A stretch of DNA of 64,000 nucleotides from a virus. Under the pieces are notes generated by a model that saw only the letters and a program-made list of their open reading frames with translations, ran no database searches and was not told the DNA's origin. The position numbers were made by a program, and so were the translations under genes. The DNA lies in the IMG/VR virus record IMGVR_UViG_3300025682_000001, positions 1-64,000 of that record; one strand, written 5' to 3'. Below are positions 35,934-45,240 of the stretch, piece by piece (position 1 is the stretch's first letter; each line of letters opens with the position of its first letter).

Positions 35934-35987
35934 CGGTTTGCAGTTATAAAAACAGCGAAGTAAGTCTGCATTCTGAGGAGGACAACC

Positions 35988-36386
35988 ATGGCTAAAATAG
36001 CGATTAGCTTGACTGGGGATAGCATGACTATCTGGGAGTATCCTGCGGAGTGGAGCGAGGATATGTCTTTAGCCCCCACCAACTCTGTATTCGACAAGCT
36101 CGTTGGCAATATTGTTCTACCATCATTGGGTCCGGGACTTCCATACTGGATCAGCAGCGTTCATTATCGCGGTAATAACCGCCTATGGGGGCCCGGGGAA
36201 GCATGGGGAGGGGCATACTTGCAGGTAGGCCCGTGGTGTATTGGTAGACCATACCGCAGTGCCGATCATGACATAGAGTCACTTCGCCTGGTCATCACTG
36301 CGCTTTTAGCCATAGCGCGTAGAGATGGGCATGAGTTTGTTATAATCCCACACAGGAAAGGAAGCTACGAATGCCAGAGAGGATAG
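35988..36386 (+). CDS. Tandem paralogue family member 1
   Basis: C-terminal family motif ITALLAIARRDGHEFVIIP. RBS GAGGAGG. Confidence 0.65.
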   Translation: MAKIAISLTGDSMTIWEYPAEWSEDMSLAPTNSVFDKLVGNIVLPSLGPGLPYWISSVHYRGNNRLWGPGEAWGGAYLQVGPWCIGRPYRSADHDIESLRLVITALLAIARRDGHEFVIIPHRKGSYECQRG

Positions 36387-36727
36387 AGGTAAGCTTCACG
36401 AGGCGTGGGGCTGAGCTTGACTTCCGGGTACACGACCAGCCGTCAAGTTGGGGGATTGCACCGCCCCGCGAGACGGTCATAGCTACCCTGGTAATGCCAG
36501 GCGATAATGTTCCGTATGAAGTTAAGGTAATGTATTGCCCCCAGATCAGCCGTAATGAATGCTTCTTGGCGAGCGGGCGCCATCAATTTGATCATTACAA
36601 TGCTCCGGTGTATGGTGGGCACGCGAAGAAAGTGAGAAACATAAGGAAAGCGATAACGGCTTTATTCAATGCGGCCCGCCGCGACGGGCATGAGTTTGTC
36701 ATTAGAGAGTATAAGGAGGGGGACTAG
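36371..36727 (+). CDS. Tandem paralogue family member 2
   Basis: ERIEVSFTRRGAELDFRVHDQPSSW ... ITALFNAARRDGHEFVIRE. Confidence 0.65.
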   Translation: MPERIEVSFTRRGAELDFRVHDQPSSWGIAPPRETVIATLVMPGDNVPYEVKVMYCPQISRNECFLASGRHQFDHYNAPVYGGHAKKVRNIRKAITALFNAARRDGHEFVIREYKEGD

Positions 36728-37060
36728 ATGGAAGGCATCGTCGTTAGCATAAGAAAGCACGGTCGAGCGTTCGCGATACATGAACAACCCGAGGATTGGT
36801 TCAGGCCGAGGAGGGAAGAGGGTATCACGATAGGTATCATCAACATGCTGGGCTATATGTATCATGTATATGTGTGTGAATGGCCAGAGTTGCGTCCTGA
36901 CATGTGTTATGTGGCCAGAAGCAAGGGCCAGTTGGGTCTGGAGTTTGACTATTTCACCGTCAGGGAGCATCAGGCGTGGGTGAAGGCCTTGCGGCGAGCT
37001 ATTACTGCTTTAGTTAACATAGCCCGCCAAAACGGTTATGAGTTTAGGATTATACCGTAA
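36728..37060 (+). CDS. Tandem paralogue family member 3
   Basis: EGIVVSIRKHGRAFAIHEQPEDWFRPR ... ITALVNIARQNGYEFRIIP. Confidence 0.65.
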   Translation: MEGIVVSIRKHGRAFAIHEQPEDWFRPRREEGITIGIINMLGYMYHVYVCEWPELRPDMCYVARSKGQLGLEFDYFTVREHQAWVKALRRAITALVNIARQNGYEFRIIP

Positions 37061-37070
37061 GGAGGCCAGC

Positions 37071-37406
37071 GTGGAGCGTATCGCCGTTAAAATGCTATCG
37101 CACGGTTGTAGGTTTGTGATATACGAGCAACCCCGTGGCTGGTTCAGGCGGCCGTCATCTGACAGGGCCAGGCTGATGCGCCGAGTACAAGACACGCTAG
37201 GCGAGTACGAGGTAATCGTTTGCGATTGCCCGGAATTGCGCGGTAACAAGTGTTATGTAGCCGCCTATAAAAAACAGCTAGGCACGATGTACAACTCCCC
37301 CCGCATAGCTAATCATGCTGCGTTTATGCGTGGTACGCGCAGAGCTATCGCTGCGTTGCTTAACATAGCCCGTCGAGATGGTTACGAGTTCAGACTTATT
37401 CCCTAA
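37071..37406 (+). CDS. Tandem paralogue family member 4
   Basis: GTG at 37071 after TAAGGAGG. VERIAVKMLSHGCRFVIYEQPRGWFRRP ... IAALLNIARRDGYEFRLIP. Confidence 0.65.
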   Translation: MERIAVKMLSHGCRFVIYEQPRGWFRRPSSDRARLMRRVQDTLGEYEVIVCDCPELRGNKCYVAAYKKQLGTMYNSPRIANHAAFMRGTRRAIAALLNIARRDGYEFRLIP

Positions 37407-37416
37407 GGAGGACGGG

Positions 37417-37734
37417 GTGGAGCGCATTGTCATCAGCATACGAGCGTGCGATAAAGAGTTTGTGGTACACGAACAGCCTGAGAGTTGGTTTAGGCCGCGC
37501 TGCTTAAGGCGCATACGCGATAACCATGGAAAATATAGCGTAGAGACGTGCAGTTACCCGGAGCTGCGGACGGATACATGCTTTATGGCGGTCAGGGAGA
37601 GTCAGCTGGGCAAGGCATACTATATCCTGCAAGTTAGTACCCATAATGAGATGATATTCGCCGCGCGCCGAGCCGTTGCGGCGTTGTTGAACATAGCCCG
37701 ATGCGATGGTTATGAATTTGTGCTTAGGGGGTAG
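37417..37734 (+). CDS. Tandem paralogue family member 5
   Basis: GTG at 37417 after TAAGGAGG. VERIVISIRACDKEFVVHEQPESWFRPR ... VAALLNIARCDGYEFVLRG. Confidence 0.65.
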   Translation: MERIVISIRACDKEFVVHEQPESWFRPRCLRRIRDNHGKYSVETCSYPELRTDTCFMAVRESQLGKAYYILQVSTHNEMIFAARRAVAALLNIARCDGYEFVLRG

Positions 37735-37736
37735 CC

Positions 37737-37985
37737 ATGGAAGAGCGCATTGAGATCGGATGCTCGCGGGGAAACAGGCTAGCCTGGCGCGTGTTAGAGC
37801 TGCCGAGGGCGTGGCGCGACCGGATTTCATCTGTGTTCGACACCGCCTATGAGCTCGTGGGGCAGTGTGACTTTGGCGGCGATATCCCGGAGTATGATAT
37901 AGTCCTGCGGCCGAGTGACACAGGGGATATTGGCGAGGATTTCCTGCGTACTGCCCACGGAAGTGGAGCCCGCAAGGACCTATGA
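37737..37985 (+). CDS. Tandem paralogue family member 6 (short, lacks the C-terminal motif)
   Basis: The N-terminus EERIEIGCSRGNRLAWRVLELPRAW matches the family. The ORF ends at 82 aa without the ...ARRDGYEF motif. Confidence 0.5.
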   Translation: MEERIEIGCSRGNRLAWRVLELPRAWRDRISSVFDTAYELVGQCDFGGDIPEYDIVLRPSDTGDIGEDFLRTAHGSGARKDL

Positions 37986-38020
37986 GGTTTTATATAGGCA
38001 TTATATCGAGAGGTGGCCGG

Positions 38021-38347
38021 ATGAGTAACAAGGTTGTAATCAGGATCGAGGGCCTTAACGCGGTGGTGGAGGAGTTGCCAGACTGCTGGATGCACGGTCG
38101 TGAAATTGTCTACATTATAGATAACGACTATCCGCACTACGGTGGCTATACGTTATGCAGATCATCTAGTGACAGGTTTGGGTGGTTTGGGCAAAATAGA
38201 TGCTCACTTCGCCCGGGTGAACTGGGATTTCTTTGTGGCGGCCACGAAGGCGGGATAATCGCCAGGCGGCGCCTCGTCACAGCGCTAGTCCATGCAACTC
38301 GAAGTTGGGGGTGTGAATTAGTTATCCTAGGAGGTTATGATGAGTGA
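38021..38347 (+). CDS. Tandem paralogue family member 7
   Basis: ATG at 38021 after GAGGTGG. NKVVIRIEGLNAVVEELPDCW ... VTALVHATRSWGCELVILG. Confidence 0.6.
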   Translation: MSNKVVIRIEGLNAVVEELPDCWMHGREIVYIIDNDYPHYGGYTLCRSSSDRFGWFGQNRCSLRPGELGFLCGGHEGGIIARRRLVTALVHATRSWGCELVILGGYDE

Positions 38348-38732
38348 ACGAATAGTGGTTGGCTTCCACAAGGAAGGCAAGGAATACATCCTGGAGGTGG
38401 AGGAGATACCGCCTAAGTGGAGCGAGGTGCGGGGGGGGCTTGCAATAGCCAAATTAGTGATGGATAGCCGGTTGTATAGGTGGGTGCGATACGGGTCCCC
38501 TTGGCGGGGATGGGTGCGTTACATCGCATGGCCCTCGGAATACACCATATTGAGCACGGCGGACTATCCCCTTATGACGAGCTGTTTCTGCGCGTTGACG
38601 CCTGGCGTATCAATTGTGGAAGACGGCACAATGCATTCTCACCGATTTGCCGTGGCTACAGTCCGCAGCTGTGTTACTGCACTGCTTAATGCTGCTAGAA
38701 GGGATGGCTATGAGTTGGTGATCAAAGGCTAG
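38337..38732 (+). CDS. Tandem paralogue family member 8
   Basis: ERIVVGFHKEGKEYILEVEEIPPKW ... VTALLNAARRDGYELVIKG. Confidence 0.65.
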   Translation: MMSERIVVGFHKEGKEYILEVEEIPPKWSEVRGGLAIAKLVMDSRLYRWVRYGSPWRGWVRYIAWPSEYTILSTADYPLMTSCFCALTPGVSIVEDGTMHSHRFAVATVRSCVTALLNAARRDGYELVIKG

Positions 38733-38775
38733 CTGGTTGAGTTATAAATGCAATGCACCCAGATAGGCGTTTAAT

Positions 38776-39306
38776 ATGGTATACATGTATCTCGACGGAG
38801 GGTTCTGGTGGGAGATCGTTGGATACCACCGGGACAAGGGAAAGAGTTTGGAGGAGCTACTCAATGGGGTCTTCGACAAGATCGGCGAGACTCCAGCATA
38901 CATGGCGTTGTTCCAGGGTCGATTCCCTGCACGCAGCGCCATAGAGCACGGCGCGGTTGATACTGATCGCATTTACGAGGATCAGCTTCGTAAGTGCGGG
39001 ATCGAGATCCACTTCTACCCCATTGAAGCCAACGGACTCGAAGCTCGCGAGCGTGGGGTGGATGTTGCGATCGCGGCACACATCATGCACGACGTGTTCA
39101 CCTACAAGCCAAACACCATCGTGCTGGTCTCGGGGGATCAGGACATAGTCCCCCTTGTGCGCATGGTTCGCAGGTTAGGGATAAAGGTCATACTGGCAGG
39201 TGCGGAGTTCGACCGCACCACGCAGAAGGGCAGGAAAAAGCACGTAGCGACGTCGTCGGCGCTGATAAGCGCCAGCTCGTCTCACTTCATGATAGTGAGC
39301 GAGTAG
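38776..39306 (+). CDS. NYN-domain (LabA/DUF88, PIN-like) putative ribonuclease
   Basis: MYLDGGF ... RGVDVAIAAHIMHDV ... IVLVSGDQDIVPLVRMVRRLGIKVILAG matches the NYN pattern, including its conserved Asp residues. Confidence 0.7.
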   Translation: MVYMYLDGGFWWEIVGYHRDKGKSLEELLNGVFDKIGETPAYMALFQGRFPARSAIEHGAVDTDRIYEDQLRKCGIEIHFYPIEANGLEARERGVDVAIAAHIMHDVFTYKPNTIVLVSGDQDIVPLVRMVRRLGIKVILAGAEFDRTTQKGRKKHVATSSALISASSSHFMIVSE

Positions 39307-39315
39307 GAAAAATAA

Positions 39316-39344
39316 GGGGGGCAATGGGTGCGCCCCCCTTTTTT
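39316..39344. terminator. Bidirectional intrinsic terminator between convergent genes
   Basis: GGGGGGC-aatgggtgc-GCCCCCC, flanked by an A-run and a T-run. Confidence 0.75.
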
Positions 39345-40695
39345 ACACAAGGCCTGGATTGGTCACTGCGGGGATTTGCGGCGGAGAAGGCTCGTTAATC
39401 GACTCCGGTGTTGGCGTGGCTTGCCTGACATAGCCGTCGAGGTTGCTCACTCCGGAGCCTACTACGAATGTATCACCCTCCCAGGTGTATTCTCCCGTAG
39501 CGGCGTTGATGATAGTCATGTCCGGCAGAGGAACGTCATCGGTGATATACATCTGTATCATCAACTGTGCTAGCGGCTCTGCCGTTGTTGATTCAGATAT
39601 GGACATCCCAGTAGGATAGCCTCCTAATAGCGTCGCGCCATATAGTACATAGAGCCGGCTCTGCTGTGATGCCAATGCGCTACCGCGGAAGTAGCGCGTC
39701 CAGTTCATTTGAAACGCACGTAGCCAGTCAAAATTTTTAGTATTGAGCATGCTGAAGCCGAGTTGATAGATCGAGCCGCGCTCGCAGCGGAACACCAATT
39801 GCGGGCCGTCCCAGGTTGATATCATCTGGAATTTCTCCCCAACCTGCTTGGCTACCTTTTGCAACGCAAAGTCGGTAGTGCTAAATCTGACAGTGCCATC
39901 AATGTCAATGACGTGTATTGTGGCATACCGATGGGGATGGTCTACGATATACCCACCCGTACCAGGCCGCACCGCGGGGCCGAAGCCAGCCTTCAAAACA
40001 GGCTCTAGGGCAAAGGTCTTGCCCCTGAAGGCGGTCTCTGCCCACGGGCCACCGGCCACGAATGGCAGCGGCGTGGTGCCTCCCCCGCCGCGCCCGCCGC
40101 GCCCGCCTCCTCCTGAGGAGTCTCCAAGGTAGGCTTGGCGCAGGGCTGTATAACTTGACACTGGATAGGGGAGCCCCCTCAGCATCCGACCCGGAATTAC
40201 ACGATTAGGGTGGTCGGCATTCCACTCTGCCGTGGCATTTTGGCATATCTCGGTGGCTATGCTTTGGATTGTTCCTCGCGGCCTGTGATGCAAGTAATGC
40301 AGCGTGGCATCTTGAGCGAAGAATGGCAGTTGGCGCAATCTGTCGTCCACTGTGCTGTATTTTAAGGTGGTGGAGCCCAGTGTAACGTATTCAGCGTTTG
40401 ACGCAGCATTCTCCGCGGCTGTCATCCATTCTGATAGTGGGGCGCCCTTCCACATCCCGTTGTAATTTACGCTATCAGCTCGCGCTGATTCGTGCTCCCA
40501 CGCGCTAGGGTTTATCCCCCGTGCGTGCGACTCGCGGTTGATATAGTCGCTAATCCCGCCCCAGCTAGAGATGTCGTCGTAAGAGGCCCCCGAGGAGTCC
40601 CCTTCGGGGGCGCATTCAATGGGGTCTTTGCCGTTCTGTCGCCTGAGCTCGCGAAACATCTCGTCAATCGGGCTGCCACTAAATATGCTACTCAA
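39343..40695 (-). CDS. Hypothetical tail protein (450 aa) downstream of the tape measure
   Basis: TTG start overlapping the tape-measure stop (TTGA). Internal Gly-rich tract GGGGRGGRGGGG. Function inferred from position only. Confidence 0.5.
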   Translation of the reverse strand: MSSIFSGSPIDEMFRELRRQNGKDPIECAPEGDSSGASYDDISSWGGISDYINRESHARGINPSAWEHESARADSVNYNGMWKGAPLSEWMTAAENAASNAEYVTLGSTTLKYSTVDDRLRQLPFFAQDATLHYLHHRPRGTIQSIATEICQNATAEWNADHPNRVIPGRMLRGLPYPVSSYTALRQAYLGDSSGGGGRGGRGGGGTTPLPFVAGGPWAETAFRGKTFALEPVLKAGFGPAVRPGTGGYIVDHPHRYATIHVIDIDGTVRFSTTDFALQKVAKQVGEKFQMISTWDGPQLVFRCERGSIYQLGFSMLNTKNFDWLRAFQMNWTRYFRGSALASQQSRLYVLYGATLLGGYPTGMSISESTTAEPLAQLMIQMYITDDVPLPDMTIINAATGEYTWEGDTFVVGSGVSNLDGYVRQATPTPESINEPSPPQIPAVTNPGLV

Positions 40696-43600
40696 TCCGA
40701 CTCACCCCCTCGCATCCATGGCCCGGAGTCTCCCGGGGAGCCGGTTGTCAATCCAGTTCCGGTCCCGCCGGAATTGCCGCCGCCGACGTTGCCTCCTCCT
40801 CCGCTCGCTCCGGTGCCCTCGCTAACAATCACGGTGGTAGCGGTGACATTCATGGTCCCGGTGCTGATAGAGAAATCCTCACCCGCCCCACCAGTCCCGC
40901 CGCCGGTCTCTCTATCGTCAGCGCTAGATACGCCGCGCCTGCGTTGATCTTCAGCGATTAAGTCAGCTAGGGTTTCTTCGCTTAGCGTGTCCGTGGTGAC
41001 CACTGCACTAGCCAGGCGTCCTAGGTCCGTGTCGGCGTAACCTTCAGCGTATCTAAAGTCAACATTTTCGCCTCTGCGGTATGCCTTTAGCGCCTCCGCC
41101 ATGGTTACGCTGCGCCCGCCTATATGTGGGTCGAACAGATAACTAAAGCGTTCTAGGGCTTGTTGCGCCCCAGCCATTTGTATGTCATAGTTCTCCCCGG
41201 CAGCAATCACCGCTCCGCGTGCTGCGCCGCGCGTGCCGAAGATTGTCGCCGTGGCGTTGCGTATATCCTGATCGTCAACTCCCAACCTGTTGGCGGCTTG
41301 CGCTAAGCTAATCCCCTCGGCATAGGACATTATCATAATGTCAGAAACCGTTGACCACTCTTCTTCTGATAGATTGTATCTCGAACCCACCGCGCTACGC
41401 ATTCTGAGCTCTTCTTCGGTAAGGCCTCCGCCGGTACGCGCCCTGGCTGTTCTAAGCGCTGAGCCCAGATCGCCCTCCGCGTCGCGCTGCTGCTCCGATC
41501 TCGCTCCGGCTATGCTGGGGTAAACTATTGATGTAAAGTAGTCTAGCCTCTGGCGATCTTGCGGCGTGAAGCGCGGGCTGGCCATGTCATATCCGAAGAG
41601 CGTTTCGGATAGCCTGTTGGTGAAATCATAAACATCAGTTGCATCGCTGGCGTTGCCGGTGAAGCTCAAGCCGGAACGCCGGTATTTGTCTTGCACAGAA
41701 TAATACCATTCATCCATGGCGTCATTGTAGCCCATTGTCCCGCTAGTTAGTGAGGTACGAGCCTCCTCGGCTGTGGGGGCAGAGGCTATATACGATGAAA
41801 CATCATACGCGCGCTGGATAGCCTCAGCGCCTCTTTGTCCTCCGACGCCTAAATCATAACCCGCACGCCGTTGGAAGGCTTGCCCGTATAGTATCTGCGT
41901 GCGCGTGGGCATCATGTCAGTTACGCCAGACAGGATATCTGCGCGGCTTTGTGCTGCCAAAATATCTTCAGTTTCCCAATCCATGGCATCGGCAAAGCCG
42001 GCGACATCTATGTCTAGATTGCGGAAGGAGTACTCGCCAGCGTCCCACCAACGGCGATCAGGGTCCGTTCCGAAAGACGCCTCTATAGAACCCGTATCGG
42101 GATTGTATCTAAGGGTTATATTGTTAAGGTCCTCATTCGAGATGCGTGTAGCGGATCCGGTCGCAAATAAACCTAGCGGCGAGCCGATTTCGCTGCGCAT
42201 AAAAACCCACGGCTTCATCCCCAAGAACTTTTCCCGCCGCAGGTTGGCCGTTGCGGCGTCGGCAAATCTAGGGCCGTATATAGCTCTTTGTTCGGGGGTT
42301 ATTTGAGATAATACAGCCTGTAATGCATCGGCGCCCATTCTTCCGCCGGAAAGCAGCGACTGAAGGTCAGCGTTGAGGTATCGCGACATGGCGCTATCGG
42401 GATTAGAGGACTCCTCTTGTACCAGGGTCTCCCAGTCTTCGCCCGCTAGCAATCTGCTTATAAATTCTTGCCTAGCGTCATAGGGGTCTGCGCCGATGTC
42501 CCCGGCATCAACAGCCCTGCCTAGGCCGATTACTCTTTGCATTATTATGTTATGCTCGTTGATGGCTTGTGCCCTAGATGTCTGCGCTGCGGCTCGTGAG
42601 GCGTTGGCTACCATGCCTAGATTGGTCCTGGGGTCAAACATCAGCTCTTCGCGGCGCTCGAATTGCGTTGCTAGAGCCCGACTTATGCCGTAGCGCTCCA
42701 TAAGCATCTGACGCTGCGAGAATGGGTCGTGATATCCAGCATCCTCTAGGTTATCTATCATCCTAGATAACATCACGTCTGTGAAGAGCCCCGCGTGTTC
42801 GTTCAGCATGTCGCCAGATTGCCATCTGATCGCTGCGCGGTCTTCTGCCGATAGAGCGTTATATGCATCCATGCCCGAGGAGGGGAATGACTCTCCGGCC
42901 AACATCGCGCTAATGCCAGATGTGTTTAGCATGCCGTCGGCGGTCATTCCATACAGGATTCTCCGATTAGCCGGTGCCCTCCAATAACTCATGCCGAGTT
43001 GTGCAATAGTACTGCCTGCGCCCACTGCGCGTCCTGCGGCTAGATACTCTGCCTGGCTAACCGCTCCAGATTGATAGAGGTAGTCTTGGAATAGCACTTC
43101 GCGGTTAAGCGATGCTATCACGTTGGGCTGATTGCCGCCGAAGGAATACGGCTGGGCAAATCCAATGGCCAGCTGTGCGTATTGCGCAGCATCCATATTG
43201 GCTACGGCTGAAGTGTTGATGATACCAGTAGATACGCCGAGCAGGTCGCTAGAGGCTATCCCCGAAGCGGCCAACCCGGACGTGACTTGTGCAGCATCCT
43301 TAAGTCGCATGCCGGTGCGCTTGACGAAGTTGGCTATGGTTTCGATCTGTTTCTCAACCTTCTCCGTCAGCTCTTCAAGATTTGAGGATGAGTCTAGTAT
43401 GCCGCTGCGCATGAGATATGGAGCTATTCGGGTAATCTCCATACCCTGCAATCCCTGGCCTCGCATGAAGTTATACAGGTCAGCCCCCATCGTCTCGGCT
43501 TGATCTTTGGTTATTCCGGCTCGCCCTCCGGGGCCTAGGTCTCCCGCCATATAGGCCATGGCCATGACTTGCTCGCTGATAATGCCCTGAGTCCAGTCGG

Positions 43601-44060
43601 AGGCGGTGACGGCGGGGTTGATTTGATTAACCTTAAAGAGCGATTCCAGGGGATCGCGCAGTCGCTCAAACAACATAGAGGCGGCAAACCCGCCGACCAT
43701 TCCACCGATAGGCCCACCAACGGCCGATCCCAGCGCCATGCCGCCCATCCAGGCTAAACCGCCGCCGGCGCCCATGCCGACTTCAAACCAGTTGCGCTTT
43801 TCCTGATTAGCCCGCATCGCGTCTTCGTATATCTGGCCCATCTCTGCAGCGCCAGAGTAACGCATCAGCGATAGCTCAGCATTGAAGCCCTGCATCGGCA
43901 TCGAGGGGGGAATTAGGGCGGGGTTCATGATCTGCGCTGTGATGCTGCTATACCCGCCGTAATCACCAACATTAGGCGGCTGAGCGTACGACGCGCTGAG
44001 ATCGTCGCGTATTGCGCTAAGCTGATTATAGACGGGGTCTAGTCTAGTCTGATCACTCAT
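40692..44060 (-). CDS. Tail tape-measure-like protein (about 1120 aa)
   Basis: Largest ORF in the window. Glycine-zipper hydrophobic segment (GGLAWMGGMALGSAVGGPIGGMVGGFAASML), long helical regions and a Gly-rich C-terminus. ATG at 44060 after GGAGG. Confidence 0.6.
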   Translation of the reverse strand: MSDQTRLDPVYNQLSAIRDDLSASYAQPPNVGDYGGYSSITAQIMNPALIPPSMPMQGFNAELSLMRYSGAAEMGQIYEDAMRANQEKRNWFEVGMGAGGGLAWMGGMALGSAVGGPIGGMVGGFAASMLFERLRDPLESLFKVNQINPAVTASDWTQGIISEQVMAMAYMAGDLGPGGRAGITKDQAETMGADLYNFMRGQGLQGMEITRIAPYLMRSGILDSSSNLEELTEKVEKQIETIANFVKRTGMRLKDAAQVTSGLAASGIASSDLLGVSTGIINTSAVANMDAAQYAQLAIGFAQPYSFGGNQPNVIASLNREVLFQDYLYQSGAVSQAEYLAAGRAVGAGSTIAQLGMSYWRAPANRRILYGMTADGMLNTSGISAMLAGESFPSSGMDAYNALSAEDRAAIRWQSGDMLNEHAGLFTDVMLSRMIDNLEDAGYHDPFSQRQMLMERYGISRALATQFERREELMFDPRTNLGMVANASRAAAQTSRAQAINEHNIIMQRVIGLGRAVDAGDIGADPYDARQEFISRLLAGEDWETLVQEESSNPDSAMSRYLNADLQSLLSGGRMGADALQAVLSQITPEQRAIYGPRFADAATANLRREKFLGMKPWVFMRSEIGSPLGLFATGSATRISNEDLNNITLRYNPDTGSIEASFGTDPDRRWWDAGEYSFRNLDIDVAGFADAMDWETEDILAAQSRADILSGVTDMMPTRTQILYGQAFQRRAGYDLGVGGQRGAEAIQRAYDVSSYIASAPTAEEARTSLTSGTMGYNDAMDEWYYSVQDKYRRSGLSFTGNASDATDVYDFTNRLSETLFGYDMASPRFTPQDRQRLDYFTSIVYPSIAGARSEQQRDAEGDLGSALRTARARTGGGLTEEELRMRSAVGSRYNLSEEEWSTVSDIMIMSYAEGISLAQAANRLGVDDQDIRNATATIFGTRGAARGAVIAAGENYDIQMAGAQQALERFSYLFDPHIGGRSVTMAEALKAYRRGENVDFRYAEGYADTDLGRLASAVVTTDTLSEETLADLIAEDQRRRGVSSADDRETGGGTGGAGEDFSISTGTMNVTATTVIVSEGTGASGGGGNVGGGNSGGTGTGLTTGSPGDSGPWMRGGESD

Positions 44061-44146
44061 CGTTGCCTCCAACTAGCATTATAGAGGCTATTCTGGCGTG
44101 TCTATTTTAGCGCATTATGCGTTATATACAACACGGAGGTGTACTT

Positions 44147-44383
44147 ATGCCGAAGAGAGCAACAGTGTCCGAACGGTTAAAAGCGCTACAGGCCCTTCGC
44201 GCCGAACGCTTCAAGGACCTGCAACGCCATGCGGATGTAATCGAGGCTGAGTATCAGAAGATGCAGAAGTGCAAAGACGAAATAGACGCGCTAGACCGCT
44301 CGATTAAGAACGCTTCCTCTCGTCGGGGGGCGCAGGACGGATCCGCACAACCTTCCCGGAAGCGCGCGAGCGCCGGCCAATAG
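44147..44383 (+). CDS. Small coiled-coil hypothetical protein
   Basis: ATG at 44147 after GGAGGTG. Preceded by the ATGCGTTATATAC promoter-like motif. Its 3' end overlaps the convergent ORF 44304-44624. Confidence 0.45.
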   Translation: MPKRATVSERLKALQALRAERFKDLQRHADVIEAEYQKMQKCKDEIDALDRSIKNASSRRGAQDGSAQPSRKRASAGQ

Positions 44384-44624
44384 CTCCCTTGTGTATCTTA
44401 AAGGTCTTGTTAAGGAAATTGCTCTTCATCTTTTCGGCCAGGCGATGTTCAGCACGCACGCGTTTGGAGGCCCACGGAGTTAAGTGTTCCTCCAGGAAGC
44501 GTATGTGCTCTGGCGTCATGCGCGGGCCTGCTGACGTTACAGTCTGCAACAGCCTCGCCATCTGCTCGCGCTTGTGGTAAAACATCGCCAGGATAAACTG
44601 TCGCTCATCTATGATGTTCCACAC
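44304..44624 (-). CDS. Hypothetical protein, possible tail assembly chaperone by position
   Basis: 106-aa ORF between the 177-aa ORF and the tape measure. The basic C-terminal tail overlaps the plus-strand ORF, so the true 3' end is uncertain. Confidence 0.4.
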   Translation of the reverse strand: MWNIIDERQFILAMFYHKREQMARLLQTVTSAGPRMTPEHIRFLEEHLTPWASKRVRAEHRLAEKMKSNFLNKTFKIHKGAIGRRSRASGKVVRIRPAPPDERKRS

Positions 44625-44647
44625 GCCCCAATACAGGAGATGAGCGC

Positions 44648-45181
44648 TTAAGCTTCCTGCGGGGCGGTCGAGAAATCCACCAAGCTCTCGGGGGAGCTGA
44701 TTTCATCGACGTATCCCATCAAGACCTGAAGGGCGCTTAGCGCGCGAGTCCATAGCGCGGTGGGCCACAGGTCGACTAAGTCAAGGCGTGCCTTGAAGGC
44801 CGCCTCTGCTGTTTTGGGGTCGGCAGAGTCGAGATCCCCCAGGGGAACGTCCTCGCCGGCCACGCTGTAGCGCACGATGCTAAATGCCAGCTCGTATTTG
44901 GCCGCTGTGATGTTGTCATGTCCTGCGGTCTGGTTGGCGCCCACAAACTGAGACATGCGCCTGGCTGATAGGAAGTGGCGCGTCTTAACGTCGCGTATGA
45001 CCAACTCCGAGCGCGGGGCGATGATGACAGTGCGATAGATGTAGTCGTTGCGCAGGAGAGATGTAAGGTCATCATCCCTATGAGCCTGATCCTTCGGAGC
45101 TAGATGCTCCATAACTTCAGCGGGAAACAACACCGGCGGAGTCGCCATGGTGTCTTCGGTCTTGACATCTTGAGTATCCAT
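44648..45181 (-). CDS. Hypothetical protein (177 aa), first gene of the minus-strand tail block
   Basis: ORF with a GGGAGG RBS. Divergent from the plus-strand block that starts at 45241. Confidence 0.55.
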   Translation of the reverse strand: MDTQDVKTEDTMATPPVLFPAEVMEHLAPKDQAHRDDDLTSLLRNDYIYRTVIIAPRSELVIRDVKTRHFLSARRMSQFVGANQTAGHDNITAAKYELAFSIVRYSVAGEDVPLGDLDSADPKTAEAAFKARLDLVDLWPTALWTRALSALQVLMGYVDEISSPESLVDFSTAPQEA

Positions 45182-45240
45182 GATCCTCCCTTCGTTACAG
45201 ATAACATATCATTTACCAAGCATTCGTCAAGGGGGTATAA

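Noticed and set aside
40492-40947. 151-aa plus-strand Pro-rich ORF spanning the tape-measure / downstream gene junction
   Set aside because: It is antisense to two well-supported, translationally coupled minus-strand genes. Its composition reflects the Gly-rich sense frame.
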